Of a stretch of 64,000 nucleotides of DNA, positions 38,097 through 49,190 are shown in pieces. Positions within the stretch are counted from its first letter, which is position 1; every line of letters starts with the position of its first letter. Made by a program: the position numbers and the translations under genes. The notes under the pieces were generated by a model. The model did no database searches. It saw only the letters and a list, made by a program, of their open reading frames with translations, and was not told the DNA's origin. The stretch is from a bacterium (GTDB taxonomy: Bacteria; Electryoneota; Electryoneia; Electryoneales; Electryoneaceae): NCBI GenBank assembly GCA_963669175.1, contig OY769902.1, forward strand, positions 3,552,001 to 3,616,000, written 5' to 3'.

Positions 38097-38289
38097 TCCT
38101 GTGGGGCGTTGCACCAGAATCGATGAGATTTACTGGTTATAACGCCCGATATATATACCTCTTGATCTACATCTGACCGGAGACATTTTCCGGTTTTATG
38201 ATTGATCTTCAGCACGTTTGGACGTAGAATGCGCACTGACAGGATGGATACAGATTCGCCTTTACCAAAAGCCGGAGGCTTTGAGAAAG

Positions 38290-39279
38290 ATGGTCGATAC
38301 AGCAGTACGTACAACGATGACTCCACTGGTTTCTCCAGATAATGGGAAAATCGAGTTCGGTTCTAGCAAGAGTATCAGAATACACTGCTTATCCGAAATA
38401 GGCTGGCATGATGATCATACCCTGATGAAAGACATCAACAATGCCGGTGGTCACCAGACAGCCGATCAGTGGTTCATGGAATGGGATGAGGAGAACGCTG
38501 CCGGGAGTTGCACGCTGGTAGAAGTGACTCATCACAACGATGAGAAGACCATGTTCCTCATGGATACCGGCTGGAATGCCCAGTATATCGATGAGATCTT
38601 CCGCCGTGAAGGAATTGATGAACTTCTGGTTGAAGGCAAAATCGAATTCCTGTATATCAGCCACGAACACATGGACCACTTCTGGGGGCTGGAGGCAGTG
38701 CTGCGTTACCGTCCCGATATCCCCATCCTCATCCCGGATACTTTCAGTGAAATCGCTCTTGATTTCATCAGTGGAAAGATCCCCCCTGCCAGTGAAGCGG
38801 AAAACCATATTATCCACCGTGGCCCGTTGCATCGGTTGACGCCGGGAGAAGTATATCAGCTTGCAGAAGGTATCGCATCGGTCGGTTTTGACCTCCCCCT
38901 GAATCTCGGTGTAAAAGGTGAACAGTCACTTTATGTATCCTTGAAGGACAAGGGGATGGTCTGCATCTCGGGTTGCTGTCATCAGAACGTGCTGAACCTG
39001 GCTGGATTTGCACGCGATAACCTCGCTGGCGGTGACAAGATGTACGGTCTCTACGGCGGCCTGCATATCAGTCCCCACGGCGCTTTCACCCCGGACGCCG
39101 AACAGATTATCCAGGGTATGCGTGATTTTGAATTCAGCAAGATCGCCTGCAACCACTGCACAGGGATTCTAGCCGTCGATAAGATGCGTGAGATCGGTCT
39201 GCCCGTCGAAATGGGTACAGGACAACATGGTTCCCTGACGGATCAGTACGTTGGGAATGGTGAAGTTGTTGATTTTTAA
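38290..39279 (+). CDS. MBL-fold metallo-hydrolase
   Basis: MDTG, ISHEHMDHFWG, SGCCH, YGGLH, CNHCTG; start uncertain. Confidence 0.88.
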   Translation: MVDTAVRTTMTPLVSPDNGKIEFGSSKSIRIHCLSEIGWHDDHTLMKDINNAGGHQTADQWFMEWDEENAAGSCTLVEVTHHNDEKTMFLMDTGWNAQYIDEIFRREGIDELLVEGKIEFLYISHEHMDHFWGLEAVLRYRPDIPILIPDTFSEIALDFISGKIPPASEAENHIIHRGPLHRLTPGEVYQLAEGIASVGFDLPLNLGVKGEQSLYVSLKDKGMVCISGCCHQNVLNLAGFARDNLAGGDKMYGLYGGLHISPHGAFTPDAEQIIQGMRDFEFSKIACNHCTGILAVDKMREIGLPVEMGTGQHGSLTDQYVGNGEVVDF

Positions 39280-39303
39280 GTATTAAGATAGACAAAAGAT
39301 ATC

Positions 39304-39330
39304 AGGCCCGGCGAAATCACCGGGCCTTTT
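39304..39330 (+). terminator. Intrinsic terminator
   Basis: AGGCCCGGCGAAATCACCGGGCCTTTT. Confidence 0.75.
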
Positions 39331-39342
39331 GTATACTCATGG

Positions 39343-39696
39343 CTATCGTTTTATCTCCGTAGGGTTCCCTTCCTCATCCAGAGCGACAAAGGTGGTTGAT
39401 GTGTGGAATACGACCTCATCCTCCACCCTGGCTTCGAGGTCGAAGGTGATGCTGGTTCTGCCGACACGTGGATTGGAGGCGAAGAACTCGACGATTTGTC
39501 CCACTTTCACCATCCTGCGGAACATGACCTCTTCGAATTTCAGGGTTACAAGGTGCGGCATACCGGTGTAGATACGAGCGTAAATTGAGGCAGCCTCATC
39601 CATCCAGGCCATCATGTTCCCGCCGAACAGGTTGCCCTCCGTGCCCACGTCACGGGTCATACACATTTTCGATGTAATCGGGATGTACTTCTTCAT
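39343..39696 (-). CDS. Acyl-CoA thioesterase (hotdog fold)
   Basis: GNLFGGNMMAWMDEAA, VGRTSI, TFVALD. Confidence 0.9.
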   Translation of the reverse strand: MKKYIPITSKMCMTRDVGTEGNLFGGNMMAWMDEAASIYARIYTGMPHLVTLKFEEVMFRRMVKVGQIVEFFASNPRVGRTSITFDLEARVEDEVVFHTSTTFVALDEEGNPTEIKR

Positions 39697-39760
39697 GTTA
39701 TCTCCGTTGTTCTTGTGTTCTTGTTGTTTCTCGTTTGACACTCCAGATTCAATTATACTT

Positions 39761-39962
39761 AGCCTGCTTCAGCAGGCTCCTCTTAGCACCCGGCTTTAGC
39801 CGGGTGTGAGAATTAAACCACGACATGAGCGCGCTTGAGCGTGCTTGCAAGTAATATAGAACACCTCTCAGGCAAGCACCCTGAAGGGCGCTCTACAACC
39901 TTGTTGTCACAGTCCCCCCGGCTGAAGCCGGGGGCTAAGAGGAGCAGGCTAAAGCCTGCTAA
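39761..39962. repeat. REPIN-like palindromic element, copy 2
   Basis: Same hairpin order as 6591-6795 with different spacers. Confidence 0.85.
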
Positions 39963-40457
39963 TGATCACATATACTGTCTCTTGCAAGTATTGTCTCATG
40001 CGAGAAGCTTCTAGACAAAGCTATGAATGCGAATTTTACAAATCCATTTCGCAGATATGCGACATTACTTTCGAGCATTACTATATAGCAGTACTCGGAA
40101 AGAATGTCGCATCATGTCATCCCCTCCCCGAATGTTGTAGTCGGGGATCAATCGGGAATCTCGACGTTTTGCTGTCCAAGCAACAATCTGTATACAACCC
40201 ACTATAGTTGCAATCAAATCAATCAATTATCTCGCAACACAATCCCAATATATCTTAAAAAAACAAGTCATGTCATCAATAAATACTCAAGGACTTCCTT
40301 CAGCTACCATGATAATGTACTGGTTAGATGACAAAATTTCTTTTCTGATTCCCATTCTCCATGTTTCAGGTGAGCCGGGCACTTGACCCGGAAGAGTTCG
40401 CGTTCTACGTTTCCACCAACATTCATACGAACCTGAACCATAACGGGAGAACGAGAT

Positions 40458-41663
40458 ATGAGTACCCCATTTGAAGCGGTAAAAGTCAGTGAAAACGTGT
40501 ACTGGGTTGGAGTTATTGATTGGGAGCTGGCAGATTTTCATGGGTATTCCACCCCACGCGGTTCCACTTACAATGCGTACCTGATCCTGGGTGAGAAGGT
40601 CACCCTGATCGATACAGTCAAGCATAAATACTTCGGCGAGATGATGGCACGCATTCAATCCGTCATTGATCCAAAAGAGATTCACACTATTATTTCCAAC
40701 CATTCCGAGATGGATCACACCGGCGCATTGCAGATGACAATCAATGCCGTGCAACCGGAACGTGTGTTTGCTTCCAAGAAGGGCGTAGATGCGATCAACG
40801 AAATCTTCAACGGCGCCGTAAATGTGGAAGCCGTGACCGAGGGTGAACCACTTGACCTGGGCGGCGGCAAGAACCTGCATTTCATCGAAGCGCCGCTGGT
40901 TCACTGGCCGGACAGCATGTTCACCTACCTGGACAGCGACAAGATCCTGTTCAGCAACGACGGTTTCGGGATGCACCTGGCTTCAGCGGAACGATTTGAT
41001 GATGAGGTCGATCCATGGATTCTGAGACACGAAGCAAAAACCTATTTCGCCAATATTCTCTGGCCGATGGCTGCCAAGGTCGGCGCAACGATGAAAAAAC
41101 TGGATGAATTTGCGCATCCCATTGAGCTGATCGCTCCAGACCACGGCCCCATCTGGCGCAGCAAGATGGATGACATCATGGCCTGGTATCGTGAATGGGT
41201 TGACGGCGTTACGGCGAAGAAAGTACTGGTCTTTTACGACACGATGTGGCAGAGTACGGCCAAAATGGCGACAGCCGTGGCGGAAGGTGTCAAGCAGAGC
41301 GGCGCACAGGTCAAGGTATACCCCATTGCCAAAAGTGACCGTAGTGAGATTGCGACAGAATTGTTGAATGCCGCCGCAGTGATCGTGGGAAGCCCGAACT
41401 TGAACGGTGGTGTGTTCCCTGCTGTAGCGGATATCATGACCTATCTGGAAGGTCTGAAACCGAAGAAGCAGGCGTTGCTTGGCGGCTCGTTCGGTTCATA
41501 TGGCTGGAGTCCGGTAATCGGAAAGAAACTGTCTGCATGGCTGGAAGGAATCGGCGCAGAAGTCATCGAAAAGCCGGTTCAGACCAAGCATGTCCCGGCA
41601 GATGAAGCGCTTGAAGAGTGCCGTATTCTGGGCAAGACTATCGGCGAGAAAGTGATGGGTTGA
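40458..41663 (+). CDS. fprA: Flavodiiron protein (FprA / A-type flavoprotein)
   Basis: GSTYNAYL, NHSEMDH, HWPDSM, FSNDGFG, PDHG, C-terminal flavodoxin domain. Confidence 0.95.
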   Translation: MSTPFEAVKVSENVYWVGVIDWELADFHGYSTPRGSTYNAYLILGEKVTLIDTVKHKYFGEMMARIQSVIDPKEIHTIISNHSEMDHTGALQMTINAVQPERVFASKKGVDAINEIFNGAVNVEAVTEGEPLDLGGGKNLHFIEAPLVHWPDSMFTYLDSDKILFSNDGFGMHLASAERFDDEVDPWILRHEAKTYFANILWPMAAKVGATMKKLDEFAHPIELIAPDHGPIWRSKMDDIMAWYREWVDGVTAKKVLVFYDTMWQSTAKMATAVAEGVKQSGAQVKVYPIAKSDRSEIATELLNAAAVIVGSPNLNGGVFPAVADIMTYLEGLKPKKQALLGGSFGSYGWSPVIGKKLSAWLEGIGAEVIEKPVQTKHVPADEALEECRILGKTIGEKVMG

Positions 41664-41724
41664 TTCCTGTTTTTGAAATTCACGACAATGTTGCTGCCCG
41701 GTTTCGTATGGAGCCGGGCAGTTT

Positions 41725-42561
41725 TTATTCCAGTGGTCTCGCCCAGAGTTCCATGGTCGGTGACATTACCAGTCTCCCACGACTGGCATTTTCTGTGAGA
41801 AATGCCGTCTTCTCCACCCCCTTTTTTACCGTGCGGATAACTTTCTCCTTCTTCCCCACACCGTAAGCATCGCCCTTGGTCAGAGCGCCATTGCGGACTT
41901 CAGAATTCATCCCGACTCTTCGGCTGAGAACATGCAGTGTCTTCGGCGTGTAGTTAAACGGGTGATAGACTGTCGGATCGGCCACGCCCAGTGATTTTCC
42001 GAACAGCTTCCATGCTCGTTCCACCATTCGAACAACCTGGTGTTGACGCACCCGCATAAATACCAGGCCGCCTCGTTTGATATATTTATGAAGCTTGACC
42101 AGCTCATCACGTGGGTGTTCGATCATCATAATGACATCCCAATAGGTAATAAAATCGAAGGCGCCAATATCATCGGGTAAATCTGAAACGACTCCCGCAT
42201 ACACATTCAACCCCTGCTTACGGGCGTGCTCAACCTGCCAGTCAACCGGTTCCACACCAACAGCATCCCATCCATGTTCCACTGCTGTCGCCAGGAAATC
42301 ACCGGTCCCGCATCCGACATCCAGCAATCTTCCTTTTCCGCCAAGACGCTTTGCAGCTTCATTCAGGATGGATTCATGCAGCGCACGCTTGCTCGCGGTG
42401 ACTGCCTCCGCAGGGTTATCACCTTTATAAAAACGTGTAGTTTCATCGAGTGTAGCCCGATCATGCTGCCAGACTAATCCGCATGTGGGGCATTCATGAA
42501 ATTCTGTGCGAGGTTTGTGAACCTTCGCGTTGGGATTATCGCAAACTGGACAACGACGCAT
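41725..42561 (-). CDS. Class I SAM-dependent methyltransferase with N-terminal zinc ribbon
   Basis: CPVC..CPTCG, LLDVGCGTG, GVEP. Confidence 0.88.
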   Translation of the reverse strand: MRRCPVCDNPNAKVHKPRTEFHECPTCGLVWQHDRATLDETTRFYKGDNPAEAVTASKRALHESILNEAAKRLGGKGRLLDVGCGTGDFLATAVEHGWDAVGVEPVDWQVEHARKQGLNVYAGVVSDLPDDIGAFDFITYWDVIMMIEHPRDELVKLHKYIKRGGLVFMRVRQHQVVRMVERAWKLFGKSLGVADPTVYHPFNYTPKTLHVLSRRVGMNSEVRNGALTKGDAYGVGKKEKVIRTVKKGVEKTAFLTENASRGRLVMSPTMELWARPLE

Positions 42562-42595
42562 GGTGAATTCCCCCTACGATTCCTGACGGATGCCG

Positions 42596-43708
42596 CTATT
42601 TCCGTTGAACAAATCCGTCTTTGTCGACTTCCGGTTTCCACCCCGGCAGTTCTACAAGTTGATCAAGGAGTTTCTGTGCCTTGGCGGTCAATTTTTCGGG
42701 TATATGATACCTTATTCGTACCAGCAAATCACCGGTCTCACCTGAATCATTCTCGAAACCACGTCCCTTTACTTTCAGAACCTTCCCCTGCTTCAAGCCG
42801 GGTTGCAGGGTCAGGCGAACTTTGCCATTCTGGGTAGGAACAAAAACTTCACCGCCCTGGATAAGTTCTTTGATCGTTAACGGGTAATCATAGATCAGGT
42901 TATTGCCGCGTGCGCTGAAATAGGTGTTCTCTTCCACCTTGATCAGAACTTTCAGATCACCGGACGCCCCTCCCCCTGTGCCAGCGTTTCCCTGGGCACG
43001 TAAGGTCAGCGTGGTATCCGGCTTGGTGCCGGCCGGAATATCGATGGTAATTGCAGATTTGTCTTTCGCAACACCTTTTCCACCGCAATGCAGACAGCGT
43101 TCACGTACGACAACGCCTTTGCCTTTGCAATTGCGGCATGTTTCAAATACTGTCTTTCCGCCCTTGCTGGTTGGCACTTCGCCGATGCCAAGACAGATTT
43201 TACATTGTACAGGCTTGGTGCCCGGTTTCAAACCACTACCGGCACAAACGGGACAGATACGGTCCCGTTTGATCATAATTTTTTTCTTCACCCCGGAAGC
43301 CAGTTTTATGGCATCAACGGTCAATTCAACCTGCAAGTCATTGCCACGTCGTGGGGTATCCTTGACGGTCCTCGATGTATGAGTCGGCCCGAATCCCGTC
43401 TTGAACATATTTTTAAACATCTCGGAGAAGCTTGCACTACCCGCCTGTTTTTCACGGTTTCTGCGAGCCGCCTGAGCTTTCTGTTTCGCTTCTTCCTGTT
43501 GATTGATCAGGATTCTTCTGGAAGGATCGGACAGAATGCGATAAGCTTCCGAGATGCGTTTAAATCGTTCTTCTGCGGCAGGATCACCCTGGTTGAGATC
43601 CGGATGGTACTTCTTGGCCAGACGTCGATAAGCCTCCTGTATCTGTTCAGGAGACGCATCCGGTTGAACCCCGAGTTCGCTGTAGTAGCTTCTGTCTTTC
43701 AAGTTCAC
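42596..43708 (-). CDS. DnaJ family chaperone (paralogue outside a dnaK operon)
   Basis: J domain with HPD, four CxxCxGxG repeats, C-terminal domain; reduced G/F region. Confidence 0.92.
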   Translation of the reverse strand: MNLKDRSYYSELGVQPDASPEQIQEAYRRLAKKYHPDLNQGDPAAEERFKRISEAYRILSDPSRRILINQQEEAKQKAQAARRNREKQAGSASFSEMFKNMFKTGFGPTHTSRTVKDTPRRGNDLQVELTVDAIKLASGVKKKIMIKRDRICPVCAGSGLKPGTKPVQCKICLGIGEVPTSKGGKTVFETCRNCKGKGVVVRERCLHCGGKGVAKDKSAITIDIPAGTKPDTTLTLRAQGNAGTGGGASGDLKVLIKVEENTYFSARGNNLIYDYPLTIKELIQGGEVFVPTQNGKVRLTLQPGLKQGKVLKVKGRGFENDSGETGDLLVRIRYHIPEKLTAKAQKLLDQLVELPGWKPEVDKDGFVQRK

Positions 43709-43831
43709 AATCCCTGCACCCGCATTAGAACTTACCGCGAAGCAATATACCCTCTCAAAACTGAAGATACTACTGGATCACCTGTTTCCCATACGTGAAA
43801 AACAGGAAACAACAGCGGGAAGGGCAACCTA

Positions 43832-43865
43832 AAAAGCGGATAACCACTTTCGCAGTTATCCGCTT
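43832..43865 (-). terminator. Intrinsic terminator after C25 gene
   Basis: AAAAAGCGGATAAC-loop-GTTATCCGCTT. Confidence 0.75.
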
Positions 43866-43887
43866 AATAATGTGCGTTTGCTATGAG

Positions 43888-46800
43888 TTACTTCAGAAGG
43901 ACTACCTTCCGTGTCTGGTTGATCGGTCCAGCCTGGAAATGAATGAAGTAGACACCGCTGGCCATATCGGCAGCGTTGAAATAAATCTCGTGACTTCCCG
44001 CAGTATACTGGCGATTTGAAAGCATGCCAACCTGCTGTCCGACTACATTATAGATCGCAGCCCGGACGTTTGTAGTATGTGGCAGGGTAAACGGAACAAT
44101 CAGTTCAGCGTTGAACGGGTTCGGATAAGGATTCGCCAGTTCCCACGTCAACGGTTGTTCCACCCCATGCTCATCAATCACCTGATCATCAATGGTAAGA
44201 CTGACTTCAACAAGGTTATCTGTATACTCACAGGCGTTATTATCAATTTGCAGGAACACGGTATAGGTAGCATCATCGATCATGTGCGCTCCAGCCAGGG
44301 AAACCTGGATTTCTGCGGTTGAATCCGGCGCCAGTTCACCTGTTGCATCCGCAATAGTAATCCATGGGATATTATCACCCAGGGACCACATCCGCAGGTA
44401 CTGTGTATCCGCATCATCGTAAATGGTTGCATACATCCATACCAAAGGATTCCACCATCCCTCAATCAATCCACCACGTGGGGTAAATCCACTGGTTTCT
44501 TCGGTCAATTCATATACTTCTTCCGCATTGCCATTATCAGGATTCATTTTCACGAAAGTGATCACTGAATCCCCGGTATCCCTGCAGATGAACATCAAGT
44601 TGTAGCCATCCGCGTCATTTGGGTTCCATGCGCCGCCACGAGGGGCAAATGTCCGCGTATGTGTAAAAGCAGTCTCACCATTGCGAGCAATTCCGCGCAC
44701 ATGCGTGGATACATCGCCCATCCAGAACAGGTCACCAACGGGATCATAAATCAGGTACCGGGCAGCTAATACCGGGACTTCCCAGGAATTGACAACCTCG
44801 ACATTCTCGCCGTTTACCTGCATTTGGAAAATGATGCCGGAATCAACACCGTACAGGTATTCTCCATCCCATGTCAGATCCTGGAAACCGATAGCGGAAC
44901 GGTTCGCTTCCGGAACAGGCTGTTCCGTCTCGAACAACAGTGCGCCTTGTGAATCGAACTTGTACAGGAGGTTTGCTTCATTTGCATTATCCGGGTTCGA
45001 TCCGCTGACCCAGAAGCCGCTTCCATCCCAGGTTAAACCGTAAAAATGCTCGGTTTCAGGAATCAATCGTTTACTGAATACGCATTCCCACAGATCATCA
45101 AGATCATCGCCTTCACCGAAAACTGGACCACGTCCATTGACCAGTTCGTCGGGCGGTTGGAATAAAATATGCGCATTATACGAAAGCGTACCATTACCCG
45201 TATTTGTGAAACTGACCGGAATAGTAACCTGGTCATTTTTAGCCAGAACTGTTTCAACCAGATCAGTATCCAGTTCAAGCTCGGGATGTGTCATGCCAAC
45301 ATCAACAAGAATTGGTTCTGCACTAACTTCGATCATCGTTGATGTGGCCTCGTTGTAACAATCGGCCGAAGCTTCAATCCAGTATTGCCCAGGCGGTACG
45401 TTCGTAAACATGTATTCGCCATTAGCATCCGAAAAGGTAAGCATGTTCAGCGGCAGGAGTCGCAGTTCCACATTCTCGATAACCTCATCTTCATCCTCAA
45501 CCTGGTATACTGTACCAGCGACACTGCCATATACTGAAGCAATTGTCGTGATGAAGATCGCGGAATTGGAGCCCATATTATGCATGGTTGTCGGACCGTC
45601 ATAATAGAATGCCAATTCCAGCCCATCGGACTGGGTATGGTTTTCAATGCCTGTCGTCCACCATAAAATATCCGCGCTGGTACCTGATGTGGCCCCAGAG
45701 GTATGATTCATCGACTCATACTGGAACATGATCTGGTTGTCATTGGTCGCAGTCGGATACGAATCCGTGTCGTAGAAAATCACCTCAAATGTACAGGGAT
45801 TGTTTCCCAGGTAGTCACGAACCCGATACCACTCAATGATATAGCGTCCACTGTCTTCATCGTAGTAATGGAATACTCCGCCCCCGTTGGACAGTACACG
45901 TTCATCCCAGTACGGCGCAACAATCGCGTCGGGCCCAAGCGGCGAAGGAATGTTGTAGTTTCGGCTTACCGGCACATCTGCCTGGCCCCCCATAGCAACC
46001 CATCCATTACTGCAAATAGTCATCACGTCGTATGACAAGCCATAGTACTGGATATCAAACGGCAGATCTACAACAACGGCATCGTCCTGGTTGTCGCCAT
46101 AGTCTGACAATGCCAGGTTTGTTCCTGTGTAGTCATTATTCTGCGCAGCGGGATTGATCTCAATCCAATCGAAATCCGGCGCAAGATCATACCCCGTATC
46201 TGAGCTTTCAAAAGCCCAGTAGCCGTAATTATCCGGGCCGGTCGGATCGTTACTCCCGGGATTACCCAGCGCAATCGTAAAATACACGGAATCGGAAAAA
46301 CCTTCGTTCGTTTCAAAGTACAACATCATGGGTGACTCGAAGCCTTCATAGGCGTCCTCAGCAACGCTGACTTCGAAGTTACCGCTGGAATAACTCCCGA
46401 CAGGAATATTCTGGAATGTTGCAGTGGGGTCTGTTACGGTTACCCAACTATTCAAACTGACAAGACTTCCGGTCGCATTTCCGGTATTGTCACTTCCTTC
46501 ATTCCTTATGTAGAGTGCGAAATCCTGTGTATCTCCCGGATCCACAACTCCAGCATCGTGCATCATGAATTTCATATCAGGCGCAGCAAGAGTAAAACGT
46601 CTGACATCTTCAATATCCGCCTGGTCAGCATCGATATCAAACATGACGGCAGAAACCCACTCATTCCGCGCGTCTCCCTCTACCTCGAACAGTAAGTAGC
46701 CTGCCGCAATAACCGAACTGTGTGAACCAAGTGTGGCTATGGTTGCTGTTCCACCCTGGGGTGTCAGGAAAGCATCATCACTATCAGCAGTGATGGAAAG

Positions 46801-48930
46801 ATTGGTAAAGCTGGTATTGGAATAGTTATGCAATTGCACTTGCATGGCAACCGTTTCACCGGCATCCAAGACACCATCACCATCCCCGGAACTGCCATTC
46901 TGTCCGTTATCAAAGATGGTCACATTTTGTACATGCACATTGTTGTTTTGCAGGCCATAATTCACTGTCAGTCTGAATGGTTCGTATCCCTGGGCGGTAA
47001 CCGTCAGGATAGCGTCCCCTTCCTCGTCAATCGGCGTGTCGAGGATGGCGTATCCGCTGGCATCAGTTTCACCACGCGCAATGAAATCAAGGTTTTCGTT
47101 GTTGTCTTCTTTATAGAAGGTAACCCACGCATCTTTTACTGGATGACCGCCATCATCACGAACAGTAACCTCATAGGCTGTCGTACCTTCATTGATGGAA
47201 CTGGCGGCCGTGACATCCAATTCCTGCGGAACACCAATCCAGGTCCAGACAGTTGGATCCCCCATCAGATTATACCATTCAACAAAGTTATCAAGACTGG
47301 CATCATTACCGTCAAAACACTGATGCATGTAATACTGTGAGGCATAGTAATGGTCACCCAACTGGCGATTCTGCATGACAAACATGCTATAGGCAGCGCC
47401 ACCGCTACAAACATTGTTGAATCGTGGTTTTGTGTACCCCGTGGCGGTCCCCATCGCACCGATACCACCACGCGGAATGCTCGCTGTACCGGCACGTATG
47501 TATGCTTCCGTGATCGCATAATGTGAATGCCAGGTACCTGTATAGCAGGTTACATCGATCACAACCGGTGTCTTATAGTCATTCTGGAGATCTTCAATCT
47601 GTTCTGTACTAAGGCCGCAGTTGATGAAACCACGGCAACCATAAAAACTGACACCTTCATTAATTCGCTGAATACTGCGATTGTTAACATTGCCGCTTCC
47701 CCACGGGGAAACCCAGGCTGTGTCAACCTGTGTATATCCCGCTTGCAGCATGATCCTTCTCTGGTATCGGCCAGTATACACGGTCCCGATGCCGGATTCG
47801 TTCGAAGCCACGGCAATCTGGGCACGTGTATACCATTCCGTGTCGTCATCCATATAGGGATCACGTTCGTAACAGATCACTTTGTTTACGTAAGTCGCAA
47901 GCTCAACAACTGTTTCAACGCTGATACGTCCGATGCCGCAATCAATCATAATGTCATCACCAGACAGACAGGCATACATATAGTCGCCATACCCCTCTGA
48001 AGGTGGTACACGCCAGTTATAGTTTGTCGCATCACCTACAATAACGATATAGTCAAACTTCTCTTCGCTATTATCCCAGCGAGTCTGTAGTACCTCTTTA
48101 ATCGTATAGGCGCTTCCCATATAAGCATTGTCATCACTCAATACATCAATTTCCCACCCTTTCTGCATTTTCCATTCAATCCAGTCCTCCATATATTCTT
48201 CAATGGTATCGTTGTTTCGCATAACCAGTTGCACCGAGCCACGATACAGCTCGTACTGGTCAAGTTCGTCTTCGTCCCAGTCAAGCAAAAGCCTGTAAAA
48301 AGGCAGGAAGTTCTTACTCAGTTTGGTCGGCCATTGGGGAATTGTATTCCGGTTATCTGTTCCTTCGTAACGGATATCCACATCAAGATTGTGGTATACC
48401 CGCACTTCGCGCCGGGCAGGATTTACCTGGACTGGATATGTCACCAGGTTACACACACGGAAAGCACGCATGACAGCAGGTTCTGTCGTTTCAGCAAGTT
48501 GTCCCGGGAACCAGGCATCAACTGGTTCGGTCAATTCCAGTAATTCGTCCAGGGCGCCGGCGCCGGCAAAAGCTGCGTATTCCACGTCGGTGAAAGTCTC
48601 ATATTCGGCATTGAGGACTTCAACAACAACCCCCGCATTGGGTGGGATTCGGAATAGGTTCCCTACACGCGGAACAACCGGCATACCAGGCTCTTCAATA
48701 GCGCCAGTATTAAAGAATTCAGCAATTGCCAGTTGATCGGAAACGCCCGCAGAATTCCACATTGGACTTTCGACAGCCAGGCTAAAGCGCATACCGTCAG
48801 CTCGCACCTGTTTTTCAAGCACTTTAACGGGGGACGCCTGTTGCGCTGCTAGGTTTTGACTGGCTATCGTCTGTACGGGGATAATGAACAGCAGGATCAG
48901 AAGAATCGGGACTAATGCATAGGTTCTCAT
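43888..48930 (-). CDS. Gingipain-like C25 family protein with propeptide, Ig-like domains and T9SS-type C-terminal domain
   Basis: PGMPVVP propeptide, WKMQKG, YIVIVGD, IGRIS, YNLMGDP, GPDNYGY; C-terminal YPNPFN...SGVYF...KVVLLK. Confidence 0.9.
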   Translation of the reverse strand: MRTYALVPILLILLFIIPVQTIASQNLAAQQASPVKVLEKQVRADGMRFSLAVESPMWNSAGVSDQLAIAEFFNTGAIEEPGMPVVPRVGNLFRIPPNAGVVVEVLNAEYETFTDVEYAAFAGAGALDELLELTEPVDAWFPGQLAETTEPAVMRAFRVCNLVTYPVQVNPARREVRVYHNLDVDIRYEGTDNRNTIPQWPTKLSKNFLPFYRLLLDWDEDELDQYELYRGSVQLVMRNNDTIEEYMEDWIEWKMQKGWEIDVLSDDNAYMGSAYTIKEVLQTRWDNSEEKFDYIVIVGDATNYNWRVPPSEGYGDYMYACLSGDDIMIDCGIGRISVETVVELATYVNKVICYERDPYMDDDTEWYTRAQIAVASNESGIGTVYTGRYQRRIMLQAGYTQVDTAWVSPWGSGNVNNRSIQRINEGVSFYGCRGFINCGLSTEQIEDLQNDYKTPVVIDVTCYTGTWHSHYAITEAYIRAGTASIPRGGIGAMGTATGYTKPRFNNVCSGGAAYSMFVMQNRQLGDHYYASQYYMHQCFDGNDASLDNFVEWYNLMGDPTVWTWIGVPQELDVTAASSINEGTTAYEVTVRDDGGHPVKDAWVTFYKEDNNENLDFIARGETDASGYAILDTPIDEEGDAILTVTAQGYEPFRLTVNYGLQNNNVHVQNVTIFDNGQNGSSGDGDGVLDAGETVAMQVQLHNYSNTSFTNLSITADSDDAFLTPQGGTATIATLGSHSSVIAAGYLLFEVEGDARNEWVSAVMFDIDADQADIEDVRRFTLAAPDMKFMMHDAGVVDPGDTQDFALYIRNEGSDNTGNATGSLVSLNSWVTVTDPTATFQNIPVGSYSSGNFEVSVAEDAYEGFESPMMLYFETNEGFSDSVYFTIALGNPGSNDPTGPDNYGYWAFESSDTGYDLAPDFDWIEINPAAQNNDYTGTNLALSDYGDNQDDAVVVDLPFDIQYYGLSYDVMTICSNGWVAMGGQADVPVSRNYNIPSPLGPDAIVAPYWDERVLSNGGGVFHYYDEDSGRYIIEWYRVRDYLGNNPCTFEVIFYDTDSYPTATNDNQIMFQYESMNHTSGATSGTSADILWWTTGIENHTQSDGLELAFYYDGPTTMHNMGSNSAIFITTIASVYGSVAGTVYQVEDEDEVIENVELRLLPLNMLTFSDANGEYMFTNVPPGQYWIEASADCYNEATSTMIEVSAEPILVDVGMTHPELELDTDLVETVLAKNDQVTIPVSFTNTGNGTLSYNAHILFQPPDELVNGRGPVFGEGDDLDDLWECVFSKRLIPETEHFYGLTWDGSGFWVSGSNPDNANEANLLYKFDSQGALLFETEQPVPEANRSAIGFQDLTWDGEYLYGVDSGIIFQMQVNGENVEVVNSWEVPVLAARYLIYDPVGDLFWMGDVSTHVRGIARNGETAFTHTRTFAPRGGAWNPNDADGYNLMFICRDTGDSVITFVKMNPDNGNAEEVYELTEETSGFTPRGGLIEGWWNPLVWMYATIYDDADTQYLRMWSLGDNIPWITIADATGELAPDSTAEIQVSLAGAHMIDDATYTVFLQIDNNACEYTDNLVEVSLTIDDQVIDEHGVEQPLTWELANPYPNPFNAELIVPFTLPHTTNVRAAIYNVVGQQVGMLSNRQYTAGSHEIYFNAADMASGVYFIHFQAGPINQTRKVVLLK

Positions 48931-49190
48931 CTTGTCTCCCTTTAGCAAGCAAACCGTGCTACCGACGTTGGTATCGCAGAGCTTTTAGAACTTGGATATT
49001 GTAGAAGGAAGCGTCAGTCACCTGAGGATTGTCAGGTTTAACTGGCTCAACACCTCAAACTTTATCAAACTATAAAAAAAAAAAACAACATTTCAATCCT
49101 GAAAAGGAAAAAAGTGATTATTTTCATGTTCATGGAGACGGTTCAATACGACTGGGAAAAAGCGCTGACATGAACAGACAAGGTGAGAAG

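Noticed and set aside
40059-40110. Imperfect inverted repeat GCGACATT...AATGTCGC upstream of fprA
   Set aside because: Single copy in the window; cannot distinguish a REP remnant from an operator or chance.
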